Assembly: GCA_009842325.1 (NCBI GenBank)
Contig: VYFQ01000003.1
Coordinates: 113,459-177,458, forward strand
Length of the DNA: 64,000 nucleotides
DNA from: Acidimicrobiaceae bacterium
Lineage (GTDB): Bacteria; Actinomycetota; Acidimicrobiia; Acidimicrobiales; Aldehydirespiratoraceae
Direction of reading: 5' to 3'
The notes beneath the pieces are model-generated. The model did not search any database. It was not told the origin of the DNA and worked only from the letters and a program-made list of their open reading frames with translations. Positions 1-9,754 of this stretch are shown piece by piece (positions within the stretch are counted from its first letter, which is position 1; each line of letters opens with the position of its first letter). A program made the translations under genes and the position numbers.

Positions 1-753
1 GGTGCCCGGCGGCTGGGGGGCCAGGTAGCGGCCCTCGGTGAACACTTCCAGCCCGTCGGTGGCGAACGGGTACGGATCGACCTCGTACACCGCGCCGGGA
101 CGCTCGCTCACCGAGATGGTCACGTCGTCGCCCACCGTCCGGGGCACGTTGTGGAACTCGGCGGCGCCCCGCTCGCCCTCAGGCACCAGGTGGAAGTACA
201 GCGACAGCGTGTCGAAGAACTGGAGCTGCTTGTAGGCGTGGAAGATGAAGTCCTCGTCGGCGAGGCCGGCGTCGTCGCCGGCCAGATCCTGCTTGAGCCG
301 GTGCTGGCGGCTCTCCTCGGCCTCCAGCATCGAGTCCACCTGGGGGCGCATGTCGTCGGGGATGAGGTCCAGGAAGATCTTGTCGCTGAGCCCGTAGCGG
401 CCGCAGTACAGCCCGTAGGTGTGCATCGACGAAATGATGCCGCTGAAGGGGTGGTGGGCCTCGTTGAACTGCGGCGACCCAGCCGAGGTTGCCACGATCT
501 GGGCCAGCGGGGTGGCCGTCAGGTTGTAGGGGAGTCCGGTGTCGGGGTTCTGGGGGGCGCGGGCGTCGAGATCGGCCCAGCCCGCGTCGTGGTGGTCGAC
601 GATGTACTGCATGGGCTCGGCCGGTTCCAGGCCGGCGAAGGCGTCGTTGCCGAAGTCGGCCGCCAGCGACCCCGCGAAGGCGGTGTGCTGGTGCATGGCG
701 ATCACGAAGTGGCGGGCGTCGGCGGCCCCGCCGGCAGGCGGCTGCACGATCAT
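1..753 (-). CDS. hypothetical protein, N-terminal part only (gene runs off left edge)
   Basis: Absent from the ORF track because there is no stop in the window. My reverse translation from ATG 753-751 reads MIVQPPAGGAADARHFVIAMHQHTAFAGSLAADFGNDAFAGLEPAEPMQYIVDHHDAGW. I hand-translated only nt 753-541 and saw no stop there; continuity of the frame down to nt 1 was read more loosely. ATGA overlap with the stop of ORF 750..1268. Confidence 0.5.
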   Translation of the reverse strand, partial: MIVQPPAGGAADARHFVIAMHQHTAFAGSLAADFGNDAFAGLEPAEPMQYIVDHHDAGWADLDARAPQNPDTGLPYNLTATPLAQIVATSAGSPQFNEAHHPFSGIISSMHTYGLYCGRYGLSDKIFLDLIPDDMRPQVDSMLEAEESRQHRLKQDLAGDDAGLADEDFIFHAYKQLQFFDTLSLYFHLVPEGERGAAEFHNVPRTVGDDVTISVSERPGAVYEVDPYPFATDGLEVFTEGRYLAPQPPGT

Positions 754-1268
754 GGCCGCTGCACCCGGGCGAAATCCTGGATCTGGAACAGGTTGGTCTT
801 GCCGTCGCGCACCTTGTGGGTGATGATCCGGCGGGTGTCGGGGTCCAGGAAGTAGTGGTTGTTGTAGACGATGTTGGCGCTGACCCGGCTGTCGATGGTG
901 AACACGTAGTTGTAGGGGGTCAGCTCGGTGCCCTCGAGGGTGAGCTGGTCGCTCTCGGCGAAACAGCGCTTGCCGTCCACCCCGATGGGGGTGTCGAACA
1001 CCGTCTCGCCGACGCCGTAGAGGTTCTCGAAGTGCTCGTGGAGATGCCACGTCCGGTCGTCGAGCCAGTACACGTCCATGTGCACCGCGCTGGACTCCAG
1101 GAAGTCGCCGCCGGGGGTGAAGCTCTTGCACAGCCCCTCCCAGTGCCCCATGAAGCACTGGTATGGCCGGGGCGAGGGCTCGCCGTAGTTCTTCGGGTGG
1201 CTCATGACCCGAATGGTAGAACGTAGGATCCAGTTGTGAAACTGCGTTCCTCTCAGCGGAACCATCAT
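750..1268 (-). CDS. hypothetical protein, no family recognised
   Basis: 172-aa ORF with non-repetitive, balanced composition (HWEGLCKSFTPGGDFLESSAVHMDVYWLDDRTWHLHEHFENLYG). Translationally coupled to the downstream gene. An alternative start MSHPKNY at 1205 would leave the 1240-1262 palindrome upstream of the gene. Confidence 0.6.
   Translation of the reverse strand: MMVPLRGTQFHNWILRSTIRVMSHPKNYGEPSPRPYQCFMGHWEGLCKSFTPGGDFLESSAVHMDVYWLDDRTWHLHEHFENLYGVGETVFDTPIGVDGKRCFAESDQLTLEGTELTPYNYVFTIDSRVSANIVYNNHYFLDPDTRRIITHKVRDGKTNLFQIQDFARVQRP
1240..1262. promoter_or_regulatory. candidate operator AACTGCGTTCC-N7-GGAAC
   Basis: GTTCC (1246-1250), 7-nt spacer, GGAAC (1258-1262) in the divergent region between ORF 750..1268 and 1295..2287. 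The 11-mer AACTGCGTTCC plus N7 plus GGAAC recurs at 15538-15560. Confidence 0.35.
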
Positions 1269-1294
1269 GGCCCAGAGGCCGAGCGGAGCGGCCG

Positions 1295-2287
1295 ATGATT
1301 GTTCGAGGCCGGCACTTCTCGTTTGATGCCGGCGGCGATGCCGCGCTGGCCACGCTCTACTACCCGGCGGACGGCGGCCGGCTGGAGGAGGCCCGCCTGA
1401 CCGGGCAGGTTCCCGCCGCGGCGGGGGAGCCGTGGCCGCTGGTGATCATGATGCCCGGCATCAACGTGGCCCCCGACAGCTACCGCTGGCTGGCCCACCG
1501 GCTCGTGCCGACCGGTGTGTGCGTGGTGACCTACGCGGCTATCGGGTCGCTGGGGCCCGCGGGCCAGGGCATCACGCCTGGCCTGGACCTCGACGCGCTG
1601 ACCCCTGCCAACATCGGCACCCGCCGGGCGGCCACCGCGCTCAATCCGCTTCTCGACCGCCTGGCCGGCCTCTCCGAGGCCGACGGCGCGCCACCGGCGG
1701 GCATGTTGGACCTCGACCGGGTGGTGGTGGGTGGCCACTCCGCCGGGGGGACCGTTGCGCTGCATAGCAGCGACCCCGGCTGGGTGCCGGGCCTGCGGGC
1801 CGTGTTCGCCTACGGGGGCCACACGATGACGGCCACGTCGTTGGGACACGGCGAGGCCGCGGTGGTGGCCATCCCGGCCAAGGTGCCGGTGCTGCTGCTC
1901 GCGGGCACTGACGACGGGGTCATCTCGGCCAGCCGCGACCGGTACCACCGTGATCATGCAACGCACGACGGTCATGGGGACCACGGCGGTGATGGGGACC
2001 ACGATCCGGTACGGCGCACGTTCGAGGAGGCTGTTGGGCGTCGGCAGGGCGACTGTTGGCTGGTCGAGCTGTTCGGCGCCGGCCACTTCGCTGTCTGCCA
2101 TCCGGTGGACACCACCAGCGGCCGCGCCTTTCTGGAGCCCGACCCGGCCGGCGCCGACCCGGCCGCCCGCGAGCTGATCGGGGACTTGGTCGCCGCCTTC
2201 GTAGCTGCCAGCCTCGGCGACCCGGCCGGCGCCGGCCTGGAACAGTTGGTCGAGCACGATCTGGTCGCGCACTGGGATCGGCGCTGA
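1295..2287 (+). CDS. alpha/beta hydrolase (dienelactone hydrolase / chlorophyllase-like)
   Basis: Nucleophile elbow GGHSAGG in VVVGGHSAGGTVAL. LVIMMPG oxyanion-type segment. His-rich insert HRDHATHDGHGDHGGDGDHD. C-terminal GAGHF. Confidence 0.7.
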   Translation: MIVRGRHFSFDAGGDAALATLYYPADGGRLEEARLTGQVPAAAGEPWPLVIMMPGINVAPDSYRWLAHRLVPTGVCVVTYAAIGSLGPAGQGITPGLDLDALTPANIGTRRAATALNPLLDRLAGLSEADGAPPAGMLDLDRVVVGGHSAGGTVALHSSDPGWVPGLRAVFAYGGHTMTATSLGHGEAAVVAIPAKVPVLLLAGTDDGVISASRDRYHRDHATHDGHGDHGGDGDHDPVRRTFEEAVGRRQGDCWLVELFGAGHFAVCHPVDTTSGRAFLEPDPAGADPAARELIGDLVAAFVAASLGDPAGAGLEQLVEHDLVAHWDRR

Positions 2288-2378
2288 GAGGCCGAGCGGA
2301 AAGGGAGCCGGCTGAACTTCTGTCAAGAAACCACCGCTGAGGTGGAAAATGCGCAGAAGTTCGTCAGAGGGAGCTGAT

Positions 2379-3185
2379 ATGGGAAAGCGGATCGTCATCA
2401 CGGGTAGCACCCGGGGGATCGGCAACGGGTTGGCCCGGGAGTTCCTCAAGCGGCGGTGCCGGGTGGCGATCAGCGGGCGGTCGGCCGATCAGGTCGAGGC
2501 GGTGGTTGCTGAGCTGGGCCAGTACTACGGAGAGTCGAGGGTGTGCGGCGCGGCCTGCGACATCACCGATCCCGGCCAGCTCCAGGCGCTGTGGGACGCT
2601 ACGGCCGAAGCCTTCGGCGGGGTCGACGTGTGGGTCAACAACGCGGGCGTCAGCATCGAGCGCCTACCGCTGTGGGAGCAGCGCGACCGCGACCTGGCCA
2701 CCCTGGTCGACACCAACCTGACCGGGGCGCTGCTGGCCAGCAAGACAGCCATCGCCAACATGCTTCAGCAGGGCCACGGGCAGATCTGGAACACCGAGGG
2801 CTTCGGGTCCGACGGGGCCACCCAGCCCGGGATGGCCGCCTACGGCTCCACCAAGCGGGCGGTGCGCTACCTCCAGAGGGCCCTGCGCAAGGACACCGCC
2901 GGCACGCGGGTGCAGGTGTGCACGGTGTCGCCCGGCATCGTGGTGACCGAGCTGCTCACCGGCGACTACGACATCACGTCGGAACAGTTCGAGAAGGCCA
3001 AGCGGATCTTCAACATCCTGGCCGACGACGTCCACACCGTCACCCCGTGGCTGGCCGACCACATGCTGGCCGCCGACAAGTCGGGGGCCAGGGTGGTTTG
3101 GCTGACCCGCCGCAAGGCGTTCGCCCGGTTCATGTCCGCCCCGTTCCGCACCCGCGACCTCTTCACCCACCTCGACACGGAGTGA
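2379..3185 (+). CDS. short-chain dehydrogenase/reductase (SDR)
   Basis: MGKRIVITGSTRGIGNGLA (TGxxxGIG), NNAG, YGSTK catalytic Tyr-Lys. GAGGGA RBS-like sequence before ATG 2379. The ORF track start at 2349 is also possible. Confidence 0.85.
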   Translation: MGKRIVITGSTRGIGNGLAREFLKRRCRVAISGRSADQVEAVVAELGQYYGESRVCGAACDITDPGQLQALWDATAEAFGGVDVWVNNAGVSIERLPLWEQRDRDLATLVDTNLTGALLASKTAIANMLQQGHGQIWNTEGFGSDGATQPGMAAYGSTKRAVRYLQRALRKDTAGTRVQVCTVSPGIVVTELLTGDYDITSEQFEKAKRIFNILADDVHTVTPWLADHMLAADKSGARVVWLTRRKAFARFMSAPFRTRDLFTHLDTE

Positions 3186-3192
3186 CCGGGAT

Positions 3193-5931
3193 CTAGCCGC
3201 CGGCGGTGACGGGGCCTCCACCCAGATAGCTGCGGACCACTGCGGGGTCGGTCTGGACCGCGGCAGGGGCGCCCTCGGCGATGACCTGGCCCACTTCCAG
3301 GGCGATCATGCGGTCGCAGACGGAGGCCAGCAGCGGCATGTCGTGCTCGATCACCACCAGGGTGATCCCGTAGGCCTCGCGGATCTGCACGATCACCTCG
3401 CCTAGGGCCTCGGTCTCAGCTTGGGCGATACCGGCCGACGGCTCGTCCATCAGCAGCAGCCGGGGCCGCAGCGCCACGTTGGCCGCCAGCTCGACGAGGC
3501 GCCGCGTGCCGGTGGACAGCAGGCCGACCGGCTGGTCGCCCACCGCGCCCAGCCCGAAGGCGGCCAAAGTGTCGTCGGCGCGGTCCTCGATGGCCCGCTC
3601 GGCCCGCGACCCGCCCAGCACGAAGCCACCGCCGGTCGCCGACCGGCAGGCCAGGAACACGATCTCGCGCGGGGTCATGGTGGGGAACAGCGAGGCGTTC
3701 TGGAACGAGCGCACCATTCCCCGCCGGCTGCGGGCCTCGGGCGACAACCGGGTGATGTCCTCTCCGTCGAAGACGACCGACCCGACCTGCGGGCGCAGAT
3801 AGCCGCTCACCAGCTCGAACACAGTGGTCTTGCCGGCGCCGTTGGGTCCGATCAGCCCGAGCGTCTCGCTCGCCTCAACGCTGAACGACACGTCGTCGAC
3901 CGCCTTCAGGTCGCCGAAGCGCCGTGACAGGCCCCGCACCTCGAGCACGGTGCCGCCTGCGCCGGCAGAGCTGCCGGCCACGGCCACCGGTGCTGCAACG
4001 GGAGAGGCCGCAGTATCGGGCCGGGGGGCCTCGGCGGTGTCCGGGTCGATGCCGTGTAACCGGGCTATCTGATCGATCAGGTTGCGCCGGGTGCTGTCCA
4101 GCAGGCCGTGGATGCCCCGGGGCTGCTCCAGGATCAGGATCAGCCACGCCGCGTTCAACCCGGCCAGCGCCGACAGCTCCAGATCGAAGAACTCGCGGAT
4201 GCCGATCAGGTAGGCGGCGCCCAGCAGCGGGCCGGTCAGCTCCGACAGCCCGCCGATGACCGCGATGGCCACCACGTTGATGCTGTCGCTGGGGGAGAAG
4301 ATGCTGCGGGTGACGAAGGTGTTGTTCATGGCCAGCACCACGCCGCCGGCGCCCGCCACGAACCCGGCGAAGGCGTAGGCGGTCACCAGCAGCCGCCACG
4401 GGGCAACCTGGAGCACCCGGGACGCAGCCTCGTTGTCGCGCACCGCAACCAGCGTGCGTCCGAACGACGACCGGCGCAGCGTGGCCGCCACCGCCAGCAC
4501 CACCACGAACACGGCCAGAGCCACGTAGTAGAAGCCCCGCGAGTTGGTCACCTCGACGCCGAGCACGCTCACCGGGCGCGACGAGAGGCCCGATCCGAAG
4601 GCCCAGTCCTGGCGGAGAAGCCAGCTGAACGTGGCCAGCGCGAAGGCCAGCGTGGCCACCGCCAGCAGCAGGCCCTGCATCCGCAGCGCCGGCAGCCCCA
4701 CCGCAGCCGACGCGGCCGCGCCGGTTACGCCGCCGCACAGCAGGCCCAGCGCCAGGCTGCCGGTGTCGACGGCCACCCGCACGCCCACCACCGCGCCGAT
4801 GGCCGCGAAGGCCACCTGCCCCAGCGACAGTTGCCCGGCGAGACCGGTCAGGAAGCTGACCGAGATCCCGATGGTGGCGAAGGCGATCACGGTGGACAGC
4901 AGGAAGGCGGACCGATTGGTGATCCACAGAGAGGCCAGGGCGGCCGCCACCGCCCCCGCGCCCCCCAGCACCCAGCCCAGGTGCTGGATGAGCCACACGC
5001 CCCGGTAGGCGTCGGGCAGGCGCCGACTCGGCGTCAGGCTGGCCCAGCGCTCGGCCTGGTCACGGCCCGCGCCCACCCGAAGGGCCACCCCAGCGAGGAT
5101 GATCAGGAACAGGGCCACCTCGAACCAGCCGGTGGAGTCGGGGTTGGAGGCCAGCACCTGCTCGACGATGCCGATGCCCAGGCCGGCGGCGAAAGCCACC
5201 GGGAAGTTGGCGAACCGGGCCAGGGCAGCCACCGCCAGGCCGCGCACGATGAAGTCGGGGCCGAGGGCGTCGGGCGTAACCGTCGACTGGTTGGGGAGTA
5301 TGAGCATGGCCGCGAAGGCCGACAGGGCGCCGGCCAGGGCCCACGACAGAGCGGCCATGTGCCGGGGATCGACCCCGGCCAGGGTGGCCGCGTCGGGGTT
5401 GGCGGCCGCGCCCCGCACCGCCAGCCCGTACTTGCTGCGCTGGAGGAACAGATACAGCCCGCCGACTACCACCGGCGACAGCCACAGCAGGGCGGTGGCC
5501 GACTGCGACACGAAGACGGTCAGCTCGAACTGGGGGAACCCCGGCGGCTGGGGGAAGCTCCCTCCGCCGAGGCCGCCCTTGGCGAACGACAGCGCCAGCA
5601 GCAGCAGCGCCTGGCCGGCACCGAGGGTGGCCACCATCGACAGCACCTTGGGGGCGCCGGCCAGCTTGCTGGCCAGCATGGCCTCGATGCCGGCCGCCAG
5701 CAGGGCGGCCGCGGCCAGCGCGCCGGCGAAGCCCAGCCAGTAGGGCACGCCGTAGTCGTTGACCACCACCGACATGGCCGACGCGGCCAGCAGGCCGGTG
5801 GCGCCGTGGGCGAAGTTGATGAAGCCGCTGGACCGGTAGGCCAGCACCAGGCCGATGCCCAGCAGCGCGTAGCCGATCCCGAAGATCGAGCCCAGCAGCA
5901 GCAGGGGGCCGGATACGTCGAAGCCGCCCAT
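3193..5931 (-). CDS. fused branched-chain-amino-acid-type ABC transporter: two permease domains (LivH-like + LivM-like) + ATPase (LivG-like)
   Basis: 912 aa. The N-terminal ~600 aa are hydrophobic with Liv permease-like segments (GFINFAHGA). The C-terminus has Walker [13 protein letters not shown], signature [12 protein letters not shown] and Walker [11 protein letters not shown]. Confidence 0.8.
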   Translation of the reverse strand: MGGFDVSGPLLLLGSIFGIGYALLGIGLVLAYRSSGFINFAHGATGLLAASAMSVVVNDYGVPYWLGFAGALAAAALLAAGIEAMLASKLAGAPKVLSMVATLGAGQALLLLALSFAKGGLGGGSFPQPPGFPQFELTVFVSQSATALLWLSPVVVGGLYLFLQRSKYGLAVRGAAANPDAATLAGVDPRHMAALSWALAGALSAFAAMLILPNQSTVTPDALGPDFIVRGLAVAALARFANFPVAFAAGLGIGIVEQVLASNPDSTGWFEVALFLIILAGVALRVGAGRDQAERWASLTPSRRLPDAYRGVWLIQHLGWVLGGAGAVAAALASLWITNRSAFLLSTVIAFATIGISVSFLTGLAGQLSLGQVAFAAIGAVVGVRVAVDTGSLALGLLCGGVTGAAASAAVGLPALRMQGLLLAVATLAFALATFSWLLRQDWAFGSGLSSRPVSVLGVEVTNSRGFYYVALAVFVVVLAVAATLRRSSFGRTLVAVRDNEAASRVLQVAPWRLLVTAYAFAGFVAGAGGVVLAMNNTFVTRSIFSPSDSINVVAIAVIGGLSELTGPLLGAAYLIGIREFFDLELSALAGLNAAWLILILEQPRGIHGLLDSTRRNLIDQIARLHGIDPDTAEAPRPDTAASPVAAPVAVAGSSAGAGGTVLEVRGLSRRFGDLKAVDDVSFSVEASETLGLIGPNGAGKTTVFELVSGYLRPQVGSVVFDGEDITRLSPEARSRRGMVRSFQNASLFPTMTPREIVFLACRSATGGGFVLGGSRAERAIEDRADDTLAAFGLGAVGDQPVGLLSTGTRRLVELAANVALRPRLLLMDEPSAGIAQAETEALGEVIVQIREAYGITLVVIEHDMPLLASVCDRMIALEVGQVIAEGAPAAVQTDPAVVRSYLGGGPVTAGG

Positions 5932-5941
5932 GCGCGCCGCC

Positions 5942-7939
5942 CTATGCCTCTCGCCGGTCGATGTGGAGGGCGTGGGCCAGGCCCTCGAGGTAGGCGGCCC
6001 GCAGCAGGTCGGGCCGGCCTCGCAACTCCTCAGCGGGGCCGGAGTAGCCGATCTCGCCCTTCTCCATGACGTAGGCGTGGTCGGCCACCGACAGGGCCAC
6101 GTTCACCGACTGCTCCACTAGCAGCACGGCCGCGCCCTGATCGGCGATGCGGCGGATCACCGGCAGCACCTCCGCGATGACGGTCGGTGCCAGACCCAGT
6201 GAGAACTCGTCGATCAGCAGCAGGCGGGGAGGAGTCACGACGGCCTTGGCCAGACCCAGCATCTGCTTCTCGCCGCCCGACAGGGTGGCCGCCCGCTGGC
6301 GCGACCGGTCGGCCAGGCGGGGGAACAGCTCGTAGGCCTCGGCGATGTTCCGGGCCCGCTGGGAGCGGTCGACGCCGTGACCGAACAGGGTCAGGTTCTC
6401 GGCCACGGTGAGCGGGCCGACCACCGCGTCGGTCTCGACGACCTGATGCAGCCCCATGCCCACCCTCCAGGTGGGCCGGGTCTTGGTGATGTCGAGACCC
6501 GCGTAGACGATGCGCCCCCCGATGGTGGGCTCGAGCCCTGAGATGGCCCGCAGCAGCGTGGTCTTGCCGGCCCCGTTGGTTCCCATCAGCGCCACCACCG
6601 CGCCCTCGTGCACCACCAGGTCCACCCCGAACAGCACTTGCACCGATCCGTACGACACCGACAGCTGCTCGACCGACAGCAGCGGCGGGCCCGACGCGAC
6701 CGGGTACACCCGTCGGGGAACGGTGGTCGCCTTGGACACGGCCACCACCGTCTCGGCGTCGCGGGCCGGGGCCGCGAACCGGCGAACCGCCCATCCGACT
6801 ACTACCAGCGGCAGGGCCAGCACGGCGAGCTTCCACTGGTCGGGCCAGCCCCCGGCGATCCAGGCGTTGAACGAGGCGGCCGCCAAGGCGCCGGCACCGG
6901 CCCACCGCACCTGGCGGGCGGCCACCGCCCGCCGCAGCTCGGGAGCGATACCCGGGAACACGGCCGCGTCCAGCCCGGCCAGGGCCAGGGCGATGGCGCC
7001 GCCGGCCACGAACCAGCAGGCCACCAGCCCGATGTAGGTGAAAGACACCGACCCCAGCAGCATCAGCACGCCGGCCACCAGCAGTTGGGTTCCGACCGCG
7101 TCGGCCCGGCGGCCGCCGGTGAGCCGGTGGAGCCGGTGGTACCAGGGACCGAAGGCGCTGATCAGGGCGGCCGCGGCGGCTCCGGCGGCCAGCACCGCTG
7201 CGTTCTGGACCGGGCTGCGCTGCCATTCGCCCAGCAGCAGCGACTGGGCCGGGTCGGCGCCGCCGATGGCGGCCGCGCCCACCGCCAGAGCGGCGCCGTA
7301 GGACCGGCGGGCCCACGGCAAGTCGGTCCGGGCGACGGTGGGCTGCACCTCGAGGTCGTTGTCGTGGGCTAGGGCGTGGCGACCGAGGAGCACCGCGCTC
7401 ACCAGCGCCAGCGCGGCAGCGGCCCACAGCACGGTGCTGTAGGTGATGGGGGCGAGCACGCGGGCCGCCAGCGGCCAGCAGGCGCCGACGGCCACCGCGG
7501 CCCAGTACCACGACAGCGTGCGGAACCGGTCGGCCTGGCGGGCGTCGGTGGCCAGCAGGATGCGGTGGAGCACCAGCCCGGGCGCCGCCCCCGCGGCCAG
7601 CATGATCCCGCCGGCAGTGAACATGGCGATGCCCGTCGTGCGAGCCATCACGGCGAGCCCGGCCGCGGCCAGCAGCCCGGCCAGGGCCAGCATGATCCCG
7701 GCCGGCAGCACGCTGCGCAGCCGGGGCACGACCAGCGCGGCCACCACCGCGGCCGCGCCGATGAGGGCGGCCTCGCCCACTACCGCGCCGATCACGCCGA
7801 GACGCTCGGCGATCTCCTCCCGGCGGAACAGCAGCACCGGCAGCGCGGTGGCCAGTGCCGCCCCCTGGCCGGCGACGGCGACCAGCAGCCGGGGATTGCC
7901 CGGCCGGCCCCGCTGCTCGACCGTCTCCGCCCCGCTCAT
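5942..7939 (-). CDS. membrane domain fused to LivF-like ABC ATPase
   Basis: 665 aa. About 400 aa of Ala/Leu/Gly-rich multi-TM sequence, then Walker A LMGTNGAGKTTLL, signature LSGGEKQML and Walker B LLLIDEFSLGL. Confidence 0.75.
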   Translation of the reverse strand: MSGAETVEQRGRPGNPRLLVAVAGQGAALATALPVLLFRREEIAERLGVIGAVVGEAALIGAAAVVAALVVPRLRSVLPAGIMLALAGLLAAAGLAVMARTTGIAMFTAGGIMLAAGAAPGLVLHRILLATDARQADRFRTLSWYWAAVAVGACWPLAARVLAPITYSTVLWAAAALALVSAVLLGRHALAHDNDLEVQPTVARTDLPWARRSYGAALAVGAAAIGGADPAQSLLLGEWQRSPVQNAAVLAAGAAAAALISAFGPWYHRLHRLTGGRRADAVGTQLLVAGVLMLLGSVSFTYIGLVACWFVAGGAIALALAGLDAAVFPGIAPELRRAVAARQVRWAGAGALAAASFNAWIAGGWPDQWKLAVLALPLVVVGWAVRRFAAPARDAETVVAVSKATTVPRRVYPVASGPPLLSVEQLSVSYGSVQVLFGVDLVVHEGAVVALMGTNGAGKTTLLRAISGLEPTIGGRIVYAGLDITKTRPTWRVGMGLHQVVETDAVVGPLTVAENLTLFGHGVDRSQRARNIAEAYELFPRLADRSRQRAATLSGGEKQMLGLAKAVVTPPRLLLIDEFSLGLAPTVIAEVLPVIRRIADQGAAVLLVEQSVNVALSVADHAYVMEKGEIGYSGPAEELRGRPDLLRAAYLEGLAHALHIDRREA

Positions 7940-7964
7940 CGTGGTGTGGGTCGGTCCCTGGCGT

Positions 7965-9458
7965 TCACTCGTCGAAGTCGGCGGGGTCGCCGGTCAGCAC
8001 CATGCACTCGCAGCCGGCGTCGAACTCGAAGCGCCGGTACAGGTCGCCGCCGGCGTAGCTGCCCTCGGTGAACTCCACTCCGTACACCGAGGCCGCCTCG
8101 AAGCTGTCGCCCAGCTGCCAGACCGCCTCGGTGACCCCCTGTGCGCTCACCTCGGTGAGGTGGGGGGAGGCGTGCTGCAGCAGGCGGAACACGTCGCAGA
8201 ACAGCAGACCGGTGCGGATGTTGGTCCGCACGCTGAACTCCAGCCCGGCGGCGGTGAAGATGTCGGCGCACTCCTGCTCGGCCGCCGACGCCGGGAAGGC
8301 CAACTGGTCGTCCTCGATGTCGTAGCCGGGGAGCACGCTGATGCCGCTGGCCCCGGGCATCATCTCGGGGTAGTTGAACGCGTTGAAGTCGGGGGCGTCG
8401 TAGCTGGTCAGCGCGTACGCCGGCGCGAAGTTCTGGGTGATGCTGGTGTCGATGAACCACGACACCAGCCGGGACCCGCCGATGGCCACCACCTTGTCCA
8501 CCCCGGCCTCCCGGAAGTTGATGATGGCCTGGAGCTGGTCGTTGTTGAACGACGTGCTGTCGGTCGGGTCGATGGTGTTGTAGGACACCACCTCCACGCC
8601 GGCCGCCTCCAGCCGGGGCGCGAACTGCTGAGCGTAGACCCGCTCGCTCAGCTCGGAGTCGATGGCGATCACGCCCAACGTGGCGCCCTCGAACCAGCCC
8701 TCCTCGATGAGCGCGGTGGCCATCCCGCCCACCAGGTCGTCGTAGGTGGGCAGCAGCGGCGACCAGTAGTAGGGCGCCAGCTCCTCAAAGCCGGCCACGT
8801 CCACCGGGTACAGGGTGGCGTCGAACATCAGCGTGTTGGCGTTGCGGTAGCAGGGCCGGGCGTTCTCCTGGAACTGCCCGGTCAGCACGGCGGCGAAGGC
8901 CTTGTCGTCCTGGGTGATCTTGTTGCAGAGGGCCTCCTCGGCAACCGGGCCGTCGGTGATGGCGTTGAACACGGTCACCTTGGCGTCGATCTGGCGACCA
9001 GCGAAACCGCCCGCCGCGTTGAAGTGGTCGACCAGCGCCTCGACCTGGGCCTCGCGGTCGCCCTCGTCGGGCACCTCCCACCCGAAGGCCTGGGCCACCA
9101 TCGACGTGTCGGTGATGATGATCGAGATCGTCACCGTGTCGTCGGTCACCCCCGGGGTGTCGGGCCCGGCCGGGACCGGTCCTGCCGGAACCTCGACCGG
9201 CTGGGCCTCCTCGGTGTCGGCGGGCTGATCCGCGGTCTCGGCCTCGTCTGAGGGTTCGGCGGTGGCCTGGTCGGTGGCCTCGGTCTCGCCGGCGTCTTCG
9301 TCTGCCGGAGCCTCCGCGGGCTGGGCCTCCTCGGCGGGCTGGGTCTGGCTGGTGTCGGTGGCGGCTTCGTCGATGGGCTCGGAGCACGCCGCGGCCAGGG
9401 TGATCGCCGCCAGCAGCAACCCGAGGGTTCGCGAGCGGCGGCGGGACGGATTGATCAT
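7965..9458 (-). CDS. ABC transporter substrate-binding lipoprotein (type 1 periplasmic binding fold, Liv-like)
   Basis: In-frame start MINPSRRRSRTLGLLLAAITLAAACSEP (signal peptide + lipobox) at 9458. Acidic Pro/Glu/Thr linker. Operon context with Liv-type permease/ATPases. The ORF-track N-terminal 91 codons are Arg/Gly-rich and judged non-coding. Confidence 0.65.
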   Translation of the reverse strand: MINPSRRRSRTLGLLLAAITLAAACSEPIDEAATDTSQTQPAEEAQPAEAPADEDAGETEATDQATAEPSDEAETADQPADTEEAQPVEVPAGPVPAGPDTPGVTDDTVTISIIITDTSMVAQAFGWEVPDEGDREAQVEALVDHFNAAGGFAGRQIDAKVTVFNAITDGPVAEEALCNKITQDDKAFAAVLTGQFQENARPCYRNANTLMFDATLYPVDVAGFEELAPYYWSPLLPTYDDLVGGMATALIEEGWFEGATLGVIAIDSELSERVYAQQFAPRLEAAGVEVVSYNTIDPTDSTSFNNDQLQAIINFREAGVDKVVAIGGSRLVSWFIDTSITQNFAPAYALTSYDAPDFNAFNYPEMMPGASGISVLPGYDIEDDQLAFPASAAEQECADIFTAAGLEFSVRTNIRTGLLFCDVFRLLQHASPHLTEVSAQGVTEAVWQLGDSFEAASVYGVEFTEGSYAGGDLYRRFEFDAGCECMVLTGDPADFDE

Positions 9459-9754
9459 GAGGCACCTCGCGGGTCGTGGCGGTCGGCGGAAACGGGATCG
9501 GCGGCCGTCTGTAGGCGGGTGGCGTCGGCCGCACCCACCGCCGAGCGGAAGGCCGCTCGCCGGCGGTTGAGCGCGCCCTGGGTGAAGTAGGCCGCCAAAG
9601 CGAGAGCGGCCAGCACCGCCGCGGTCTGGCCCCACCGGCCCAGCTCGAGCCACCAGGTGCCCAACCAGTGGAGCATCTCGTCGTTCATGCCGGTCAGGTA
9701 GCCGAACGCGCCGACGCCGGCAAAGAACCACGGCCGCGACGCGAGCCGGTTCAC
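9455..9754 (-). CDS. small membrane protein, hypothetical
   Basis: 99 aa with two hydrophobic segments (PWFFAGVGAFGYL; TAAVLAALALAAYF). ATGA overlaps at both ends (9751-9754 and 9455-9458) link it to the acyl-CoA dehydrogenase and the binding protein. Confidence 0.5.
   Translation of the reverse strand: MNRLASRPWFFAGVGAFGYLTGMNDEMLHWLGTWWLELGRWGQTAAVLAALALAAYFTQGALNRRRAAFRSAVGAADATRLQTAADPVSADRHDPRGAS

Noticed and set aside
1265-2449. 394-aa minus-strand ORF and similar long shadow ORFs (7443..9251 +, 17811..19094 -, 21025..22872 +, 22398..23879 -, 24364..26319 +, 46507..47598 -, 9934..11139 +)
   Set aside because: Each overlaps, on the opposite strand or out of frame, a gene with recognisable domains. 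The products are low-complexity Arg/Gly/Pro/Ala sequences, as expected from the stop-codon paucity of GC-rich DNA.
4108-6069. 653-aa plus-strand ORF
   Set aside because: It is antisense to the well-supported Liv permease/ATPase fusion. The product is extreme in Arg/Gly/His/Gln/Pro (for example [21 protein letters not shown]), which is typical of shadow ORFs in high-GC DNA.
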